Of a stretch of 64,000 bases of DNA, positions 11,490 to 24,900 are shown in pieces. Under the pieces are notes generated by a model. The model made no database searches and was not told the DNA's origin. It saw nothing but the letters and a program-made list of their open reading frames with translations. A program made the translations under genes and the position numbers. Source of the DNA: Camelus ferus (lineage: Eukaryota); assembly GCF_009834535.1 (NCBI RefSeq), contig NC_045696.1, positions 53,074,001 through 53,138,000 on the forward strand. Reading direction: 5' to 3'. Each line of letters begins with the position of its first letter. Position 1 is the first letter of the stretch.

Positions 11490-13039
11490 AGTTAGACCTC
11501 GGTCTCTTGGTTTAAATATCTGGAAGCATAGGTCAAACGCCTATAGTGCAATGGTGTTCTTTCATAAGCATATGCTTCTTACTTTATAAGCTCTTAACTG
11601 CCACTAGCAAAGTCCCTGAATTATAAGTCAAGCTCATGACAGAGACACTACAATAAAGACTAGTGATACTCTGGATACAAGTTAGCAGTTAATGAATCAT
11701 GCCCCTTTGCTGTTGTATTTTAGGATCATAATTATACAACAATATAATCTTGTACATTGTTGATAGTACATGAGAAAGCTGTCACTTAGTTACTTCCTAA
11801 ATTAATGCTGGAGAAATAATTTAACCTCAGTGTTTTAGTTTTTCCCCCTGTATAAAAAAGGGTCAGTGATACTTAGGACAGGTAAGGGAGAATCAACACA
11901 GTTGGGGTAAATTTGATTTTTTTAAGGAAATTATTAGCCTTTATTCATAGGAAAGCTATTTCTAAAAATTAACTTTTATTACTTTTTCACATTTATGATT
12001 CTCTCTTTTGTAAGATGTGGAATGATTTAAGATATGGATGGGAAGGAAGTCTTTAGGAACGTGTTGGCCCTTTATTTGGATGCTTTTTGCTTTATAACTT
12101 TACTCCTACAAACAAAACCCTTATGAATCAGCAAAACTATGATGGACTCATTTCCCTCTAGAAGGAAAGATACTTGGCCTGCAAATCAATGCTGTACATT
12201 CCCAGCATTGAAGTGTGGCATCAGGAAATGTTCTAAGCAGAGGATGCAATGAAGTATCACAGAAATATCCCAAACTCTCTTGAGTCAAAAGTCATTAGTC
12301 TGATTTTATTGCATTATTTTAAGTATAATGAAGTCTAGAAACACTTATGCAAACACATTAAAAATAGAAAATTAGTTAAAAACACAAATTCAAAGAATCT
12401 TGAATTATTAAATATTTTGGATCATCTCTGCTTTATTTCCATGTTCTAAGATTAAACTCAATTCGAAATAAGAGAACTGAGGGGACTCACTGCTGCCCAT
12501 CTGGCACTCCTGCTTCCCTTGCCTGCAACAAGAAGTTTCAGTTTTCTGGCTGTCTTGCTCCCATCTCTATTTCTTTCCAGACTTGACTTCTGGCTTTGAT
12601 CACTGCCTGTTCTCTTGGCTTCATTCTCTTGTTCCTGTGCGTGTCTGCTCTCTTAAACTTGATCTTCTTTAGCTAGAAACTGATCTTAGTTTCATGATGG
12701 TTTATTTTTCTAGATTCATCCTGAATTTTAGTCCAAATAACACCAATTAACAATGACAGCATCTAAATGATAGGATCATCTCCCCTACCCTAGGTCCTTC
12801 GTACACATGCATGTACAAGACACGGCATGCACATGTGTATATGCACACACAGTAGTGATGGATGTTCAAGAGAGGGTGAGAACACAGAGGTAGTAAACCA
12901 CAGGAAACTGGTTCATGTGACTCTATTGTTGGTCACAATGATTCAGGATCTGCCTACTGCCAGTGGAGTGTTAGGGTAAAAGACATACACTGTTTAGTTC
13001 CTGAAGATAATTGATTTCAGTTCTGGCCTTCAGTCTATT

Positions 13040-13205
13040 TCCCATTGGAAAACAAGCAAGTCATTTAGCCTTTCTATCTTAGTTGTTTTCATAAGTAAAA
13101 TGAAGCTAACGATACTTGCCCCGACCTCTCAGAACTGCTCTTAGGGTAGTTCTACAAATAAAATGAGGTGATGTCCATGGAAACATTTCATATGATATAA
13201 AACAA
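13040..13205 (+). mobile_element. MIR/MIR3 SINE fragment
   Basis: gcaagtcatttagcctttct..cttagtt..tttcataagtaaaatga core. Confidence 0.6.
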
Positions 13206-14159
13206 TATCTATGCTTATATTCATAGTCTCTCATGGTAGAGTATGGTAAATAAAAAGGAAACAGTCATATGCAGGGACAACTATAAGGAAAATAATGACT
13301 TATCTAAATCATTCAAAAATTTGATCTCTTTATAGGATGTGATGATAGCCATTAAATATATATTATTACCCAACTCTCAGATCGGTCATGTAGTTCTTTA
13401 AATTCTCATTTTGCGTTAGTTATTTGTATGTGTTATACTAACAAAGCAACCTTTCTGCAGTTGGGTTACTACCTATTAGAAAGATTCATCTCCTATAAGA
13501 GCAAAACAAGAAATCACAAAGGCAAATAGTAAAGCCAGGATAGTCTGTGTCATTCCTGGAGCAACAAAAAGTCCTCCCTTAGACATATTTTTCACTTCTT
13601 ACTCTCACTAGGGAGTACCTTGCCCACCCATATATGCATTCTCCTCTATGCACATATAGGATATATGCATTGCTGTATTTTCAGGTTCATATTTTTGAAG
13701 AAGCACAAACATATTCCATGCAGATGGTACAGGTGGGGAGAAGGGTAAGAAGAGAAGGAGCAGAACCTCCTAATTAAGAGCTGAGTCCATCTCAACAGTC
13801 AATTCTAGGACGGTCTGTGCTCCTCTTGCTGTCACATCAACTGTGTCATCTCTACATTCACATTAAAAAATGAAAAAGAGGAAGATGCAAATTCTAAGGA
13901 GAGAGAAAATTTGAGACTGAGACCTGGAGAGAACTGACTTCTAGCCTAGTCACAGCTGGAGTTCAGATCAGTCCCAGGAACATTTATAAGTGGTTAGCAA
14001 CAGGTCTTCTAGGTTCTTTTGAAGAGTCTTGATCCCATTAGAAAATAAATCATCATCTTAACCCCACCATAATTCAAGATTCCTCATTTTCTTGTCACTG
14101 CTGGGGTGGAAAAGTCATGAGTTCTGGAGTTTAGTAGCTTTAGGCAGGTTACTTAGCAA

Positions 14160-14407
14160 GGAAGGCAGTATGGAGGGTGGTTACAGGTCCAGGCTGAGGG
14201 ACAAGTTTCCTGCTCTGCATTGCAGCTCCATCACAGACTCACTCTGTGATCTTGGGACATTTGCTTAACCTCTCTGTGCCTGGGTTTTCTCATCTGTAAA
14301 ATGAAAACTATAATCGTACCTAATTCAGTGGGTCATTATAATGTTTAAATGGGTTAATTTTAAACATATGGAATAGCTCCTGGACCTAAAATGTGTCCAC
14401 TGTTACT
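14160..14407 (+). mobile_element. MIR SINE, apparently nested in an older MIR (14103-14153 and 14410-14510)
   Basis: Core tgtgatcttgggacatttgcttaacctctctgtgcctgggttttctcatctgtaaaatg. Confidence 0.8.
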
Positions 14408-15115
14408 GAAGAGCTTCAAGCATTTTTCTTCAGCAAAACAGGAATAATAATTACTTCCCATATGATTGTGATTATGAAATGGGTTAAGGTATTGAGTACC
14501 CAGTGAGCTTTGGAAGAGCCTAACAAATTTTTGTGCCCATCATTTTTATAATTTGAATCTTGGATATTCATTCTGTAGAAATCTCACTTTTGAGCTAAAT
14601 CCAGCAATCTCCAGATATTGTTGTTTTGTTCAATTCTTTGCTTAATAACAGGTATCTCTAGGGAAACCTCCTTTTAGGGGCCCCAGTTCTCTTATGTCTG
14701 GCTTCTCTGGGCAACAGTTGGTTCTCTAAAGCCCATAAGCATGAAATTGAAAGCAGGAGGACGATGTGAGATGATTATAGTGCAGCCGTGTAAACTGAGG
14801 CTCTGATGCCGTCTCTGCAACATGTTTAGAGGATCTGTGGCAGATGTGTACACAGGGAGCTCAAGCCTTAAGTCCCTCACCGTTTGTCAGACAGAACCCA
14901 CACAAGTTTATCTCCTCAGGGTACCCTGGATAGAGGACAACAGTGGGCCCATTGTGTTCTTTGTGATCTTCTGAGATACACTTGGCAGAACTGGGGCTCC
15001 TCCTAGGTTAGATGAGGCATACTCTATGCTTTGTGGACCCTCAGTTGCAAGAACAAGGCTCATTCCTTCTCCTTCTCAGAGCCTGAGTGGTAATTATATT
15101 CTCACTGAAGCAGCA

Positions 15116-15139
15116 AAAAAAAAAAAAAAAAAAAAAAAA
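15116..15139. repeat. Poly(A) run
   Basis: 24 consecutive A. Confidence 0.9.
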
Positions 15140-17309
15140 GGTAGCAAGAATCTATAACCCTTTACTTGCCTTTGAACTATGGATTCTCCTCTTTTCCTCC
15201 TCCCTTGTTTGAATGTGGATGAGAAGCAATTTTAAAGTTGGCTTTTGTTTTGATTCTTGCTCTGAGTCTCTATTCTCTGTGAAAAATTTCTCTCATTTAG
15301 AAGGAAAAACAAAACTGCCTTTAGTTGTACCTCTGAAAGAGTAAAATTAGTCTTAGAATCCTGGCTTAGATTTCTAGTTAAAAATTTCATTCACTATGCA
15401 ATTAGAAACAATTTCATAGCTATTTAAAGAAAATGCTGTTACCTTCTGAGTCATTGCAAAGTAAATATCAAAAAAAAAAAAAAAGAAAATGTAAGTTCTC
15501 CAAAGAAAACAATCTGCTTTGTACCAGGAAGGGTTTACTCTTTATCTCATTCCAGCAGTAAAGATAAATAAAAGTGCTTACAATAAATTATAATTCACTT
15601 AGGATGAGCATTCTGGTGTAGGAGGCATGGCTATAGTCAGCAGACTATTCTCCACAAGTCTCACTTGAAAACCCAGCCCCTTACTTCACAGTCTTATCAT
15701 ACACAGCATTATGTAAATGTTATCACTGGAGCAGGACCATCTTATAATATGACTCATCACATGCATTTAGATATAATTCAGATCAAATTTATACCAAGAT
15801 ATGACCATTAATAGATACAGCATGCATGATATCTGGGATTTAACATATAGTGAGTAAGCATGTAAATAAATAAACAGATAATGACACTGTCTGTCAGGGC
15901 TACCATAGAAAAGGGCTCTGCTGTCCACGTTGCCTTTACTCGTAGAGGTAGACATAAAAGAAACAAAGTCAGATAGATACAAAGAAGGAAAGAAGTCTCC
16001 ATTTTTTAAAGTTGTACTTTGTGGATTCACATGTGAAATAGGGAACTTTAGCAGCTGTAAATTGAAGGAGCAAAGTTATCAAATAGATCCATCTCAGGCA
16101 AAAGAAATGCAGTGGTCCCCTCCCCCAGCTGACAAGAAGCCGATACAGATTACTGATGAATGCTTATAAATCATAAGGACAGTTCTTACATGGAGAATTA
16201 TAATCACGGGGATTTTTCTGACTTTCATGTTTGTTTTTCCATCACACACTTTCCACCCCATCTCAACTCTATGTTTCCTGTCTCCAGAATTATTTTTGTC
16301 CCCAGCACTTTCTTCCAAAGGACAGTGGTGTGAGGAGGACTTCACCCTTGTGTGACAAACTATTTTTGTGGTTTTTCTTCTTTCTCTACGCCTCACTTTT
16401 CCCCATCATCTAAACCCTTCCTTGAAGGTCTGTCTCTCTCGAACAGCTCAGCAACTGGGACATGAATGGGGCTTGGAATTCGGTGATGAAAAAGAGCTTT
16501 GGAAGTTACTGAGGGATTGGGCACAAAGGCAAGAACTGATGAGCTTGAGATGCAAGCCCACCGGGGAGAGAGCTTTTGTATGGAACTCAGCCGACTCAAA
16601 CCAGAGAATGAAGCCTGCAGCTACAAGCCCCAGCCTAATAAGGCACTGACCCTAGGAGGGCGGCAGAGGTGAGTAGAAGTAACCAGTGTCTGGACTTGGG
16701 GGAGAGAAAAAGTCAAAGACCATAACCTTCTGTGCTACTAAATCCACTGTGTCACTTAACTCTGAAATTCCCCAGCCTGCCTGAGTTAAAGAGGGAGCCA
16801 CAGATGCTTCAAGGTGAAGGTCACGTTCTGAGTTCTAGGAAGATCCTCATGATTCAGAAACACCATCTCTCTAGCCTGAGAGCATCAGTATTCCCTTTTC
16901 CCATTATCTCTGCCCTGGGGCACTCTAGTTTTGAGATTGTATTACAGAAGAGGCATCTTCTCTCATAGTGACTCTCAAAATATGGCTGTTAAATGAAAAG
17001 ACAGGCAGAGAAAGGAAAAGAGCTAAATCCAATAAAGCATTATTTTGAAATTGTTCCTTTATTTCTTCTATATTACTTATCACCATTTATGATCAAAAAC
17101 TTTTGACATGGCACCAGGAACTGTGCTGAAATCTCTATACGTGCTCAGGAACCTGACCTGAATAGCAGCAAGAAGTATGTTGACTAATTACTAGTTAACA
17201 TAATGTTGATATTAATTATGTTGATATTTAATCATAATGTTGATATTAATAGTCAGCATTAGGTTGATTAATATCCACTCTCCTTTATGGACACATCACC
17301 TTCATCTCT

Positions 17310-18452
17310 TAGAATGATGCTGTTAATCCACTAATTGCAAAATCCAATGAATTTATTTCAAATATTTGTCCTACTTAATCTCATCATAGCTTTTTAGCAC
17401 TAGTCACTGTCTATTTACCTGTCTCTCCTCCTAAATCTCCTATTATTTCTTAATTTGCATAATCAGCCCCTCTTTCTTTGCTCACCTTTCATATACTGTT
17501 GTTCTCCAGGATTATATTTTTCTTCTTTTCTGGCTTCATGGAGTCGTTTTCATACATTTCATCTTTTTTTTTTTTTTTTTGGCTTTAATTACACTTCATC
17601 AGATTGAATTTTAAAATAGCCTATTCAGCTGCTCCCCATAGATACTGGAAGGTACGTCGAATTCAGCATATTTTGAATTAAGACTCATTATCTCCTATCA
17701 TACTTTTGTCTTCCTTCCGAATTTCCCAATTTTAGTGAACAGAATCACAATCCATCTATGATTACGTAGTCAGTAACCACAGAGTATCCTTGTTTTCTTC
17801 TTCTCCTTCATGTCATTTGTGTAATCAAATGTTATTTTTACATTTTTCCCCCTTAGACTGGCCTGTACTCTCCATCCCTCCTGCCACTACTATTGTCCAG
17901 GGCCTTCTCATCCATTGTCAGTATCACTTCCAACTAATGGTCTAGTCTCCAGGTTTGCATCTCTTGCCTACAACTATACTGTTCATTCTTCATGCAGAAC
18001 AGAACATACATAAAGTGGATCATGTGTAAATGCACTTTGTCTTTTTACTCATAAAAGTTCACATAGATTAGTGTAAGTCAGCTCAGCCTACCTTTCTACC
18101 TTAACATTAAACTCCCTCCCTGCCATGAATCTTATTCTTTTTTCAGACTCCAATCTCATTCCTCCTAGCTCTGTTTTCCTTTTATCCAAAGTATTTTTGT
18201 GACCTTTTCATTTGGCAAGCTCATACTTACTATACAAAATCCATCTCAGATGTACCCTCCCTTGTGAAGCGTTCTCCAATTTCCCTAGTTACTGGCCTGC
18301 TTGTGTTAGTATTTTAATTCTTTGTTTTTCTGCCTCTTACCACGATTTTAAGAGTGAAACCAGATCACGTCTTCTCAATCTTTTCATTTCTATTGCTAGA
18401 AGAAGTACCTGACACATAAAATCTCTCAATAATCATTTGATGGATGAAAGAA
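17310..18452 (+). mobile_element. L2 LINE 3' region (about 1.1 kb, degraded)
   Basis: aaatccaatg...tcctacttaatctc; ctccatccctcctgccactac; tctcagatgtaccctcccttgtgaagcgttctcc; tacctgacacataaaatctctcaataatcatttgatggatgaa. Confidence 0.75.
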
Positions 18453-21110
18453 TATACCAAGAATCTTTCTCCTCTCATTTCACATTCTTAGAGATGTCTT
18501 CTTCCTAATACAGTCTAGAACATGGAAGAATCCTACTATTTCCAATGGTTTTGAAAAAGGAAAAATGAGGCAGGACAATGCCCTTTTGTCTTTTCTAAAT
18601 CAGTCATCTTATTTCCCTTCATTTGCCACTACTATTTTCTTTGCCTTTTTTTGCCTGGAAGAGATGATAATATCTTTTCAATGATACATCTATGATACAC
18701 TATAATAAATGTGTAAATATAAAATTCTTAAAATAAATAAATTATATAGTGGAAACTTTGTAATTCGAATAATTTCTGAAAATGTCCCGCATAGCAAAAA
18801 CATAGAATGTTTCCAAATATAAGTGCCCCTCCTCTTGTCCAGTGATTTGAATATGAAACTTGATATTATTTTGCTGGTGTGTCTTGCCCTAATGTTCACA
18901 GTTAAGGATGTAAATGAACATTTTAAATCTATACTCAGATACTTCACTGAGGACCAACCACCTTCAACAACATAACCTAATCTCTATGAGTTGATAGAGG
19001 ATCTGTGACTGAATCATAACCAATATTCTCACTGTTTATTTCTGGTGAAATAGGTTAATTTGATGTCACAAAACTTAAACAAATTTTTCTATCCTCACTA
19101 TACTATACTGTGAAATTAGCAAATTTTTTGTTTCCTTCAAGATAACAATATGACCAAGCAGACAAGCAGGAAAGGTGATAAAGAGGTACATTGAGTGGGA
19201 TTTTCTTCACTGATCCTTTATTGCGTGGGAGGCCACTGATAAAGACATTCTAGAGTCTTCCAGTCAATAGGCAGCACTGTAGTTATTCAGCTAAAATTAT
19301 GTTCACTCTTTAATATTGATAAATTTTGTCCCACATTTCTTTTCTCTGATAATGACAAGATAGAATATCCTCCTTCTGAATGTCAGTGTCCAAATCAGCA
19401 ATCAGGATCGAGCAAAACTTTCCAAAAATACAGAACAAGATAAGGATAAGCATTAACAGAAAATTTTAAATGATTTAGAACTGAGCTCGTCTCAGTCAAA
19501 TGAGTAGTAGTGTATTACTGCTTCTTATATCTTGCCCTTTCTTGTCCAATAAGGACAGATATCCTAACATTGCTATTCTCTTACCCTCAATCACAGTGTT
19601 TTCCAAAAGAGCTCTACTAAAGGAGGTAACTGATACAGCTCATCCAGATACGGTCTTATATTCAAACTGCAGGAATGGTGGCATGGATGGCCTTCTTCAG
19701 AAGCGGGGTAGCTAGTCTCTTTACTGTCCTAATCACTGTATTCATTCTGTCTTGAGACTAGAATGCAGTCATCTCATACGCATGGTATAAATCATTTATT
19801 TTTGTTCATATTTTCTGTGTCACTTCCTCTCATTACATCTTTTTGCCACAGTATTTGCACTGAGAACATGAATCAATCTGAGGAAACAGCTTACTTCTAT
19901 GTCCTTCCCTTTTGCTCTAATGCACTGCGAGTCCCTTAATCTTTATGAACATTCTCCTGTCTGGGTAAAACCTAGTGCCGTGTCACATGATGCTTCACAT
20001 TAAAACTATACCTCTGCTAGACGATAAAATTAAGGAAGTCACAGTCCCAAATTTCTCTGTTCTAAGTATACTAGTGCAGAAATGATTTGAGTGCATGAAA
20101 ATCCTGTGGGTATTTGATAAATAAAATCTAACAATAAAGGTAATTTCAACACCTGAATCACAGATACTGTGATTGATGGTAACGTAGGAACTTTAGAAAA
20201 TCTGCCATTGAAGGCCAGAATCAGGGCACAAGCCGGCAAAGAACGCATTGCTCAGTAAGTAGATATTTCCCCTCAGTAAGCCTAAGCTGATCTCTTTCTT
20301 AGTCACTTAGAACTAATCAGGGCCTCTGTGGCCCCCACAGAACTCAGTGTGAGCACTGGCCAGTGAGTCCAATCTCATCATTTCAAACCCTTTGGCAGTT
20401 TCCACTTACAAATTTCTCCTAATCAGAAGCTTTTAGCAGCAACAAAATGGCAAGAGAAAAATAAAGCAAGATCAAAAGGTACATATTCCATGCAAAATAG
20501 CTCAGCCTGTTAGCCTCAAGCAACAAATAAGTGGAGAACATTCTCCACTGTATAGTAAAGTGTGTTTCTGGGAGGCTAATGTTAGATGCAAATCTGCCTG
20601 AGGCAATGTTAAAAAAAAAAAAAAAAACAAACTCAACAAGCCAACAAGAAGAGCAAACCAGGCCTGCATTTTTCGTTCTTCCACACAGCTCACCTAGTCT
20701 TTGCCCATCACGTAGAAAATCTCATATTATTTTACAAGGAAGATTAGAAGAGATTAACAATCTTACATAAACTATTAACCCCTTCTATAACAATATTTTT
20801 GGCTAAAAACCCTTCATTTTTAAATAGCATAGAAGGTCTGACACCCCGGTTGCATAAGACAAAGATACTGTAGAAAATGTTTCTTACAGTTCTTGGCAGA
20901 CCACCCACAAGAGAACTACTGCAAATTTCCCTAAAAATGGTAAAACACAATTAACTCTCTAGTGTTACTCTATAATACTAAACCTCTTCAACCTACCTCT
21001 CCAGTGGTTGGTGCCAAAATCTCCCCAAAAGACCTTATAGCTAGCTATACCATCCCTTCTCAATGTCAGATGAAAAGCTGTTAAGAATATACTATAGACC
21101 AGAATCATTC

Positions 21111-21395
21111 TTTTTTTTATAACCATTTTTTTTAATTGAAGTGTAGCTAACTTACAATGTTGTGTTAGTTTCAGGTGTACAGCAAAGTGATTCAGTTATA
21201 TATATATAAGAATATATATATATTCTTTTCCAGTTTCTTTTCCATTATAGTTTATTACAAGATTTTTAATATAGTTCCCTATGCTATATAGTAGGTCCTT
21301 GTTGTTTATCTATTTTATATATAGTAGTGTATGCTAATCCCAAACTTCTAATTTATCCCTCCCCTGCCCCCACCACTTTCCCCTTTGGTAACCAT
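21111..21395 (-). mobile_element. L1 3' end (artiodactyl type) with probable TSD CATTCTT (21106-21112 / 21393-21399)
   Basis: attgaagtgtagctaacttacaatgttgtgttagtttcaggtgtacagcaaagtgattcagttat...ttcccctttggtaaccat. Confidence 0.9.
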
Positions 21396-23900
21396 TCTTG
21401 ACTTATCAAACACAGTTGTACTTGCCATGCTCATAGAATATTACTTACAGCCCTAGAAGGAACTTAGCTATAGGAGAGCTGTTCCCTGGGTGGCCAGGTG
21501 CTCTCAGAGCAGATTCCAGTGTTAGAAAGAGGGCAGGAAATGTGCTTGAACACTAGCAGGCATAAACCTAGAAAAGCCATTTCTTCTCTAAAAGATTTCT
21601 GAAAGTTTGACTGGGGGTGGGATAGTTAGCAGGTTGAAAGGCTTTATAGGGCTCTTCACGAAGGAAGAGATATTTTCCAACTTAATTGGGGAAACTTTTT
21701 TTTGGCCACAGCTCGTGATACACCATACAGGGTAAAAGAACAAGTGTCACCAGCCAATCCTTTGAGACTGTCCCAGCCACAGTAGAAGCATGATGTGAGA
21801 GGACTGACTGCCACAAAGACCTCCCTGCTTCTCATGCAGTCTACTAACTGCCACACACATCCCTTTCTCCCAATAGAAACAGTTTGGGAGGTGACTGTAG
21901 GGCAGCTGGCTGTGGACTGCTGTACAGCCAAGCAGGCACTGCCAGTTGAGAAACGGTAGCACAGGCTGTAAATATCTTCCTTTGATCAATAAAAAGTTTT
22001 ATTCTCTTTGATGGGTGCCTAACAGGAGGTAAATCTTGATACTTCTGGATTCATAAATTTGCACTGAGACAGGAGTTAATTCTTCATTTTCATCGATGCC
22101 ATTAGTGTTCAACGTTTACTTAGAATCACTTAATAAAATGTTGATTTCAAAATGTCCCTACTTTGAAGCTGTAGCTGTAATACCCTAGGTATAAAAGTAG
22201 ATTCTCATCAAGGGATACAGCTTCCAGTCTTCCTAGTAGTTAGTTCTTCTTCTTTTCCTTCCTTCTCCCCTCACTTTCACCCTCTTTTTTTTTTTTTTTT
22301 GCCAAAGGATATGAAAAATTTGTTTCGTATGTTATTTGCACAGATTTGCAAGACTGTTTCCCTTCTGTTTCATTAATTCTGCTAATTTTTCAGTTATTTT
22401 GGGTAATGACATTCACTCCCTTTTCTCTACTCTCTTGATAAGACTTTTCTAATGAAAGAGATATATTGGCTGGCTGTTTTAAAATGTGTTCTCAGTGAGG
22501 TTGAGGTGCTCCCTGTAATGAATGTTGCTGCAAAATCAAGGGGACTCTAGCAAAAGTCAGCAGCATGTGAAAGCTACTCTACTTCTGCTAACTAGCATTG
22601 GACTTTCAGAGGCAGAGATAGGGAGATGAATAGGGGGTTTAGATAATGTAAGACAGCTTCTCCTCCAGTCTGTGAAAGGTAATTACTCAGTAGGATTCAC
22701 CTGGACAGAAGCCATGTGCTCATGATGAGGCCTGCTTTCTTACAGGAGTAAGACTTCCCTCGCTGGATAACAAAACAGAAAGTTTCATTCCAACATGGAT
22801 TGCTGAATAGTTAGGACAGAGAAACTGGGTCTACGAATGCTTTTAACAAGAGAATTCAAGATCGGAAAACAGATACCCTGCAGAAATGTGGACCTTGGAA
22901 CCACAACTGATCAAAGCCAACCACTCTTTTAGTGATAGAGAGTATGCAAATATGTGCACCTTAACAAGGACCCGAATGTATGAGGGAGGGCAGGAGGAAA
23001 GAGAAGAACAGAATTCAGCCTGACCACACGTCTAAAACTGCTAGTACATCCTTTCCTTAGAACTCAAAGGAGGGGCATGGGATGGGCAGTAAGCATCCAA
23101 ATGGCTGTAATAAGAAAATCAATAAAAGATCTAGGAATTAGAATGACTCACAATCTGGGAATCAATCATTCATTTTATAATCAAATGTTATAACCCCTAC
23201 TCAACCTTTTAGTATGTTAATAGGTGAATCTTTTGATCCATAGTTCATAATATCTTAAGGCTTTTAGAAACCTTGGAATCAGCCTAGGAAGTATGCAATG
23301 AGAAAGGCTGGATCTGGTGAAAAGTGGAAGGCAGGTTTGGGAACTTCTGGGAATTGTTAATAATTAGAGAAGGAAGGCAGGAGACAGTTTGGTTTGAGAG
23401 AAGAACCATCAGAGGAGTGACCTATTCTGTCTCTCCAGAAAATCTTTCAAACCCTTGAACTAACCCACTCCACAATATCCACACCGTCTATATCTGTATT
23501 TCTCTTCCACTCCACACAAGGCCATTTTGATAACAAAAATTTACAGTCTGTTGTATTTACGAATAATTGATTCAAGGGAAATGTTCTTTTTTACATTTTA
23601 ATCAATCATCATCTAAATGGCTGCCATGACTTTAGCTTTTGGTATTTTCAGTTTGAGTGTCAGTGTTATAGATACCTCCTGACAAATCTGTGGTTCTGAG
23701 AGAGGATTCTGAAATGTTTCCTAGCAACTAATGAGTTCAAACTTCCGGAATTCCAGTGTTCAGATGCTTTTTTTTTTTTTTTTTTTTTAGTGTATTCAGG
23801 TTAGAACTATGTAACACATAACAAGTAAAACATGACAGAGTGTGCATGAGGCAGAGATAAATGTGCACACAAAAACTCAGCGTGATACAGTATAAGGAAC

Positions 23901-23919
23901 AGAGAGAGAGAGAGAGAGA
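23901..23919. repeat. (AG)n microsatellite; poly(T) run nearby at about 23768-23788
   Basis: Direct observation. Confidence 0.85.
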
Positions 23920-24699
23920 TGGTGAAGAAAAACTATAAGAGAATTAGTCAACTGATCCTATGTCACATCAGTCTAAAGAAATTAAAAATATTTGTATTCA
24001 GAAATGTTAAGTCATGTTCTCTCTTCATCTCCAGTCCCACCCTCCACCACTCCTCCCTATAAAACAGCAAACTTGAAAGATCAGTAAATGATGTTGGGTA
24101 GAGAAGTCTAGAAATTTAGAACTGTTTCCAATGTATGTTTTGTGATTATAAAATACTTGTTCAGCATCAAAAATTCAGAAAAAAGCCAGTAGAGTATAGA
24201 TAAAATATAAGCAATCAGAATATTAACAATGCTTATCTCTGGTGATTTATTTTAAAGTCATACTCACACTTCTGTTTAATTGGAATCACACTGAGCATAC
24301 ATTGTATGTATTTATACATATATAAATATATATACTTTTGAACTCTGCTTTTAAAAATAATTGTATTAGACAAGTAGTGCCTGTTAATCATTGGATAATA
24401 TGATTTCCCTCTTACCTACATACCAAGTAGCTCTTGAAGGTGTTCCATAAAATAGAAATTCTGGAACAACCCACATTAATGCCTGTTCGTTACACCATGT
24501 ATGAAGCTAGATGGGGATGTTAACTCACTGTGCTCAGTAAAATTAAATTTAGGTAGAGGAGTTGTTTCCCTAAGCCAGCAATGATTGTCCCTCACTGTCA
24601 CTCTCAGGATTTGTAAGTGATTCCTAGGCTGTCCCTAACTAATGCTGGACTTGTCCCTAAGGTGTGTTTGCTGCTGTGTGGCGTGAGGTTCCAAAGTCA

Positions 24700-24900
24700 G
24701 TTTAGTGTAATTGGCCAGCATAGACTAAGGAAGTTCAAATCTCAGCTCTACAACACATCAGCTAGAATAATTTTGGCAAATTATTTCAACTCTCTGAGTC
24801 TCATTATCCCCATAAGATTGTTTTGGGGGCTTAAGAGGTCATGACATGTAAAGATTTTCGATCAATAAAATGATTGAATAATTGTTATATTATTGTCAAT
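24700..24900 (+). mobile_element. MIR fragment
   Basis: gttcaaatctcagctctac...ttggcaaattatttcaactctctgagtctca. Confidence 0.6.
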
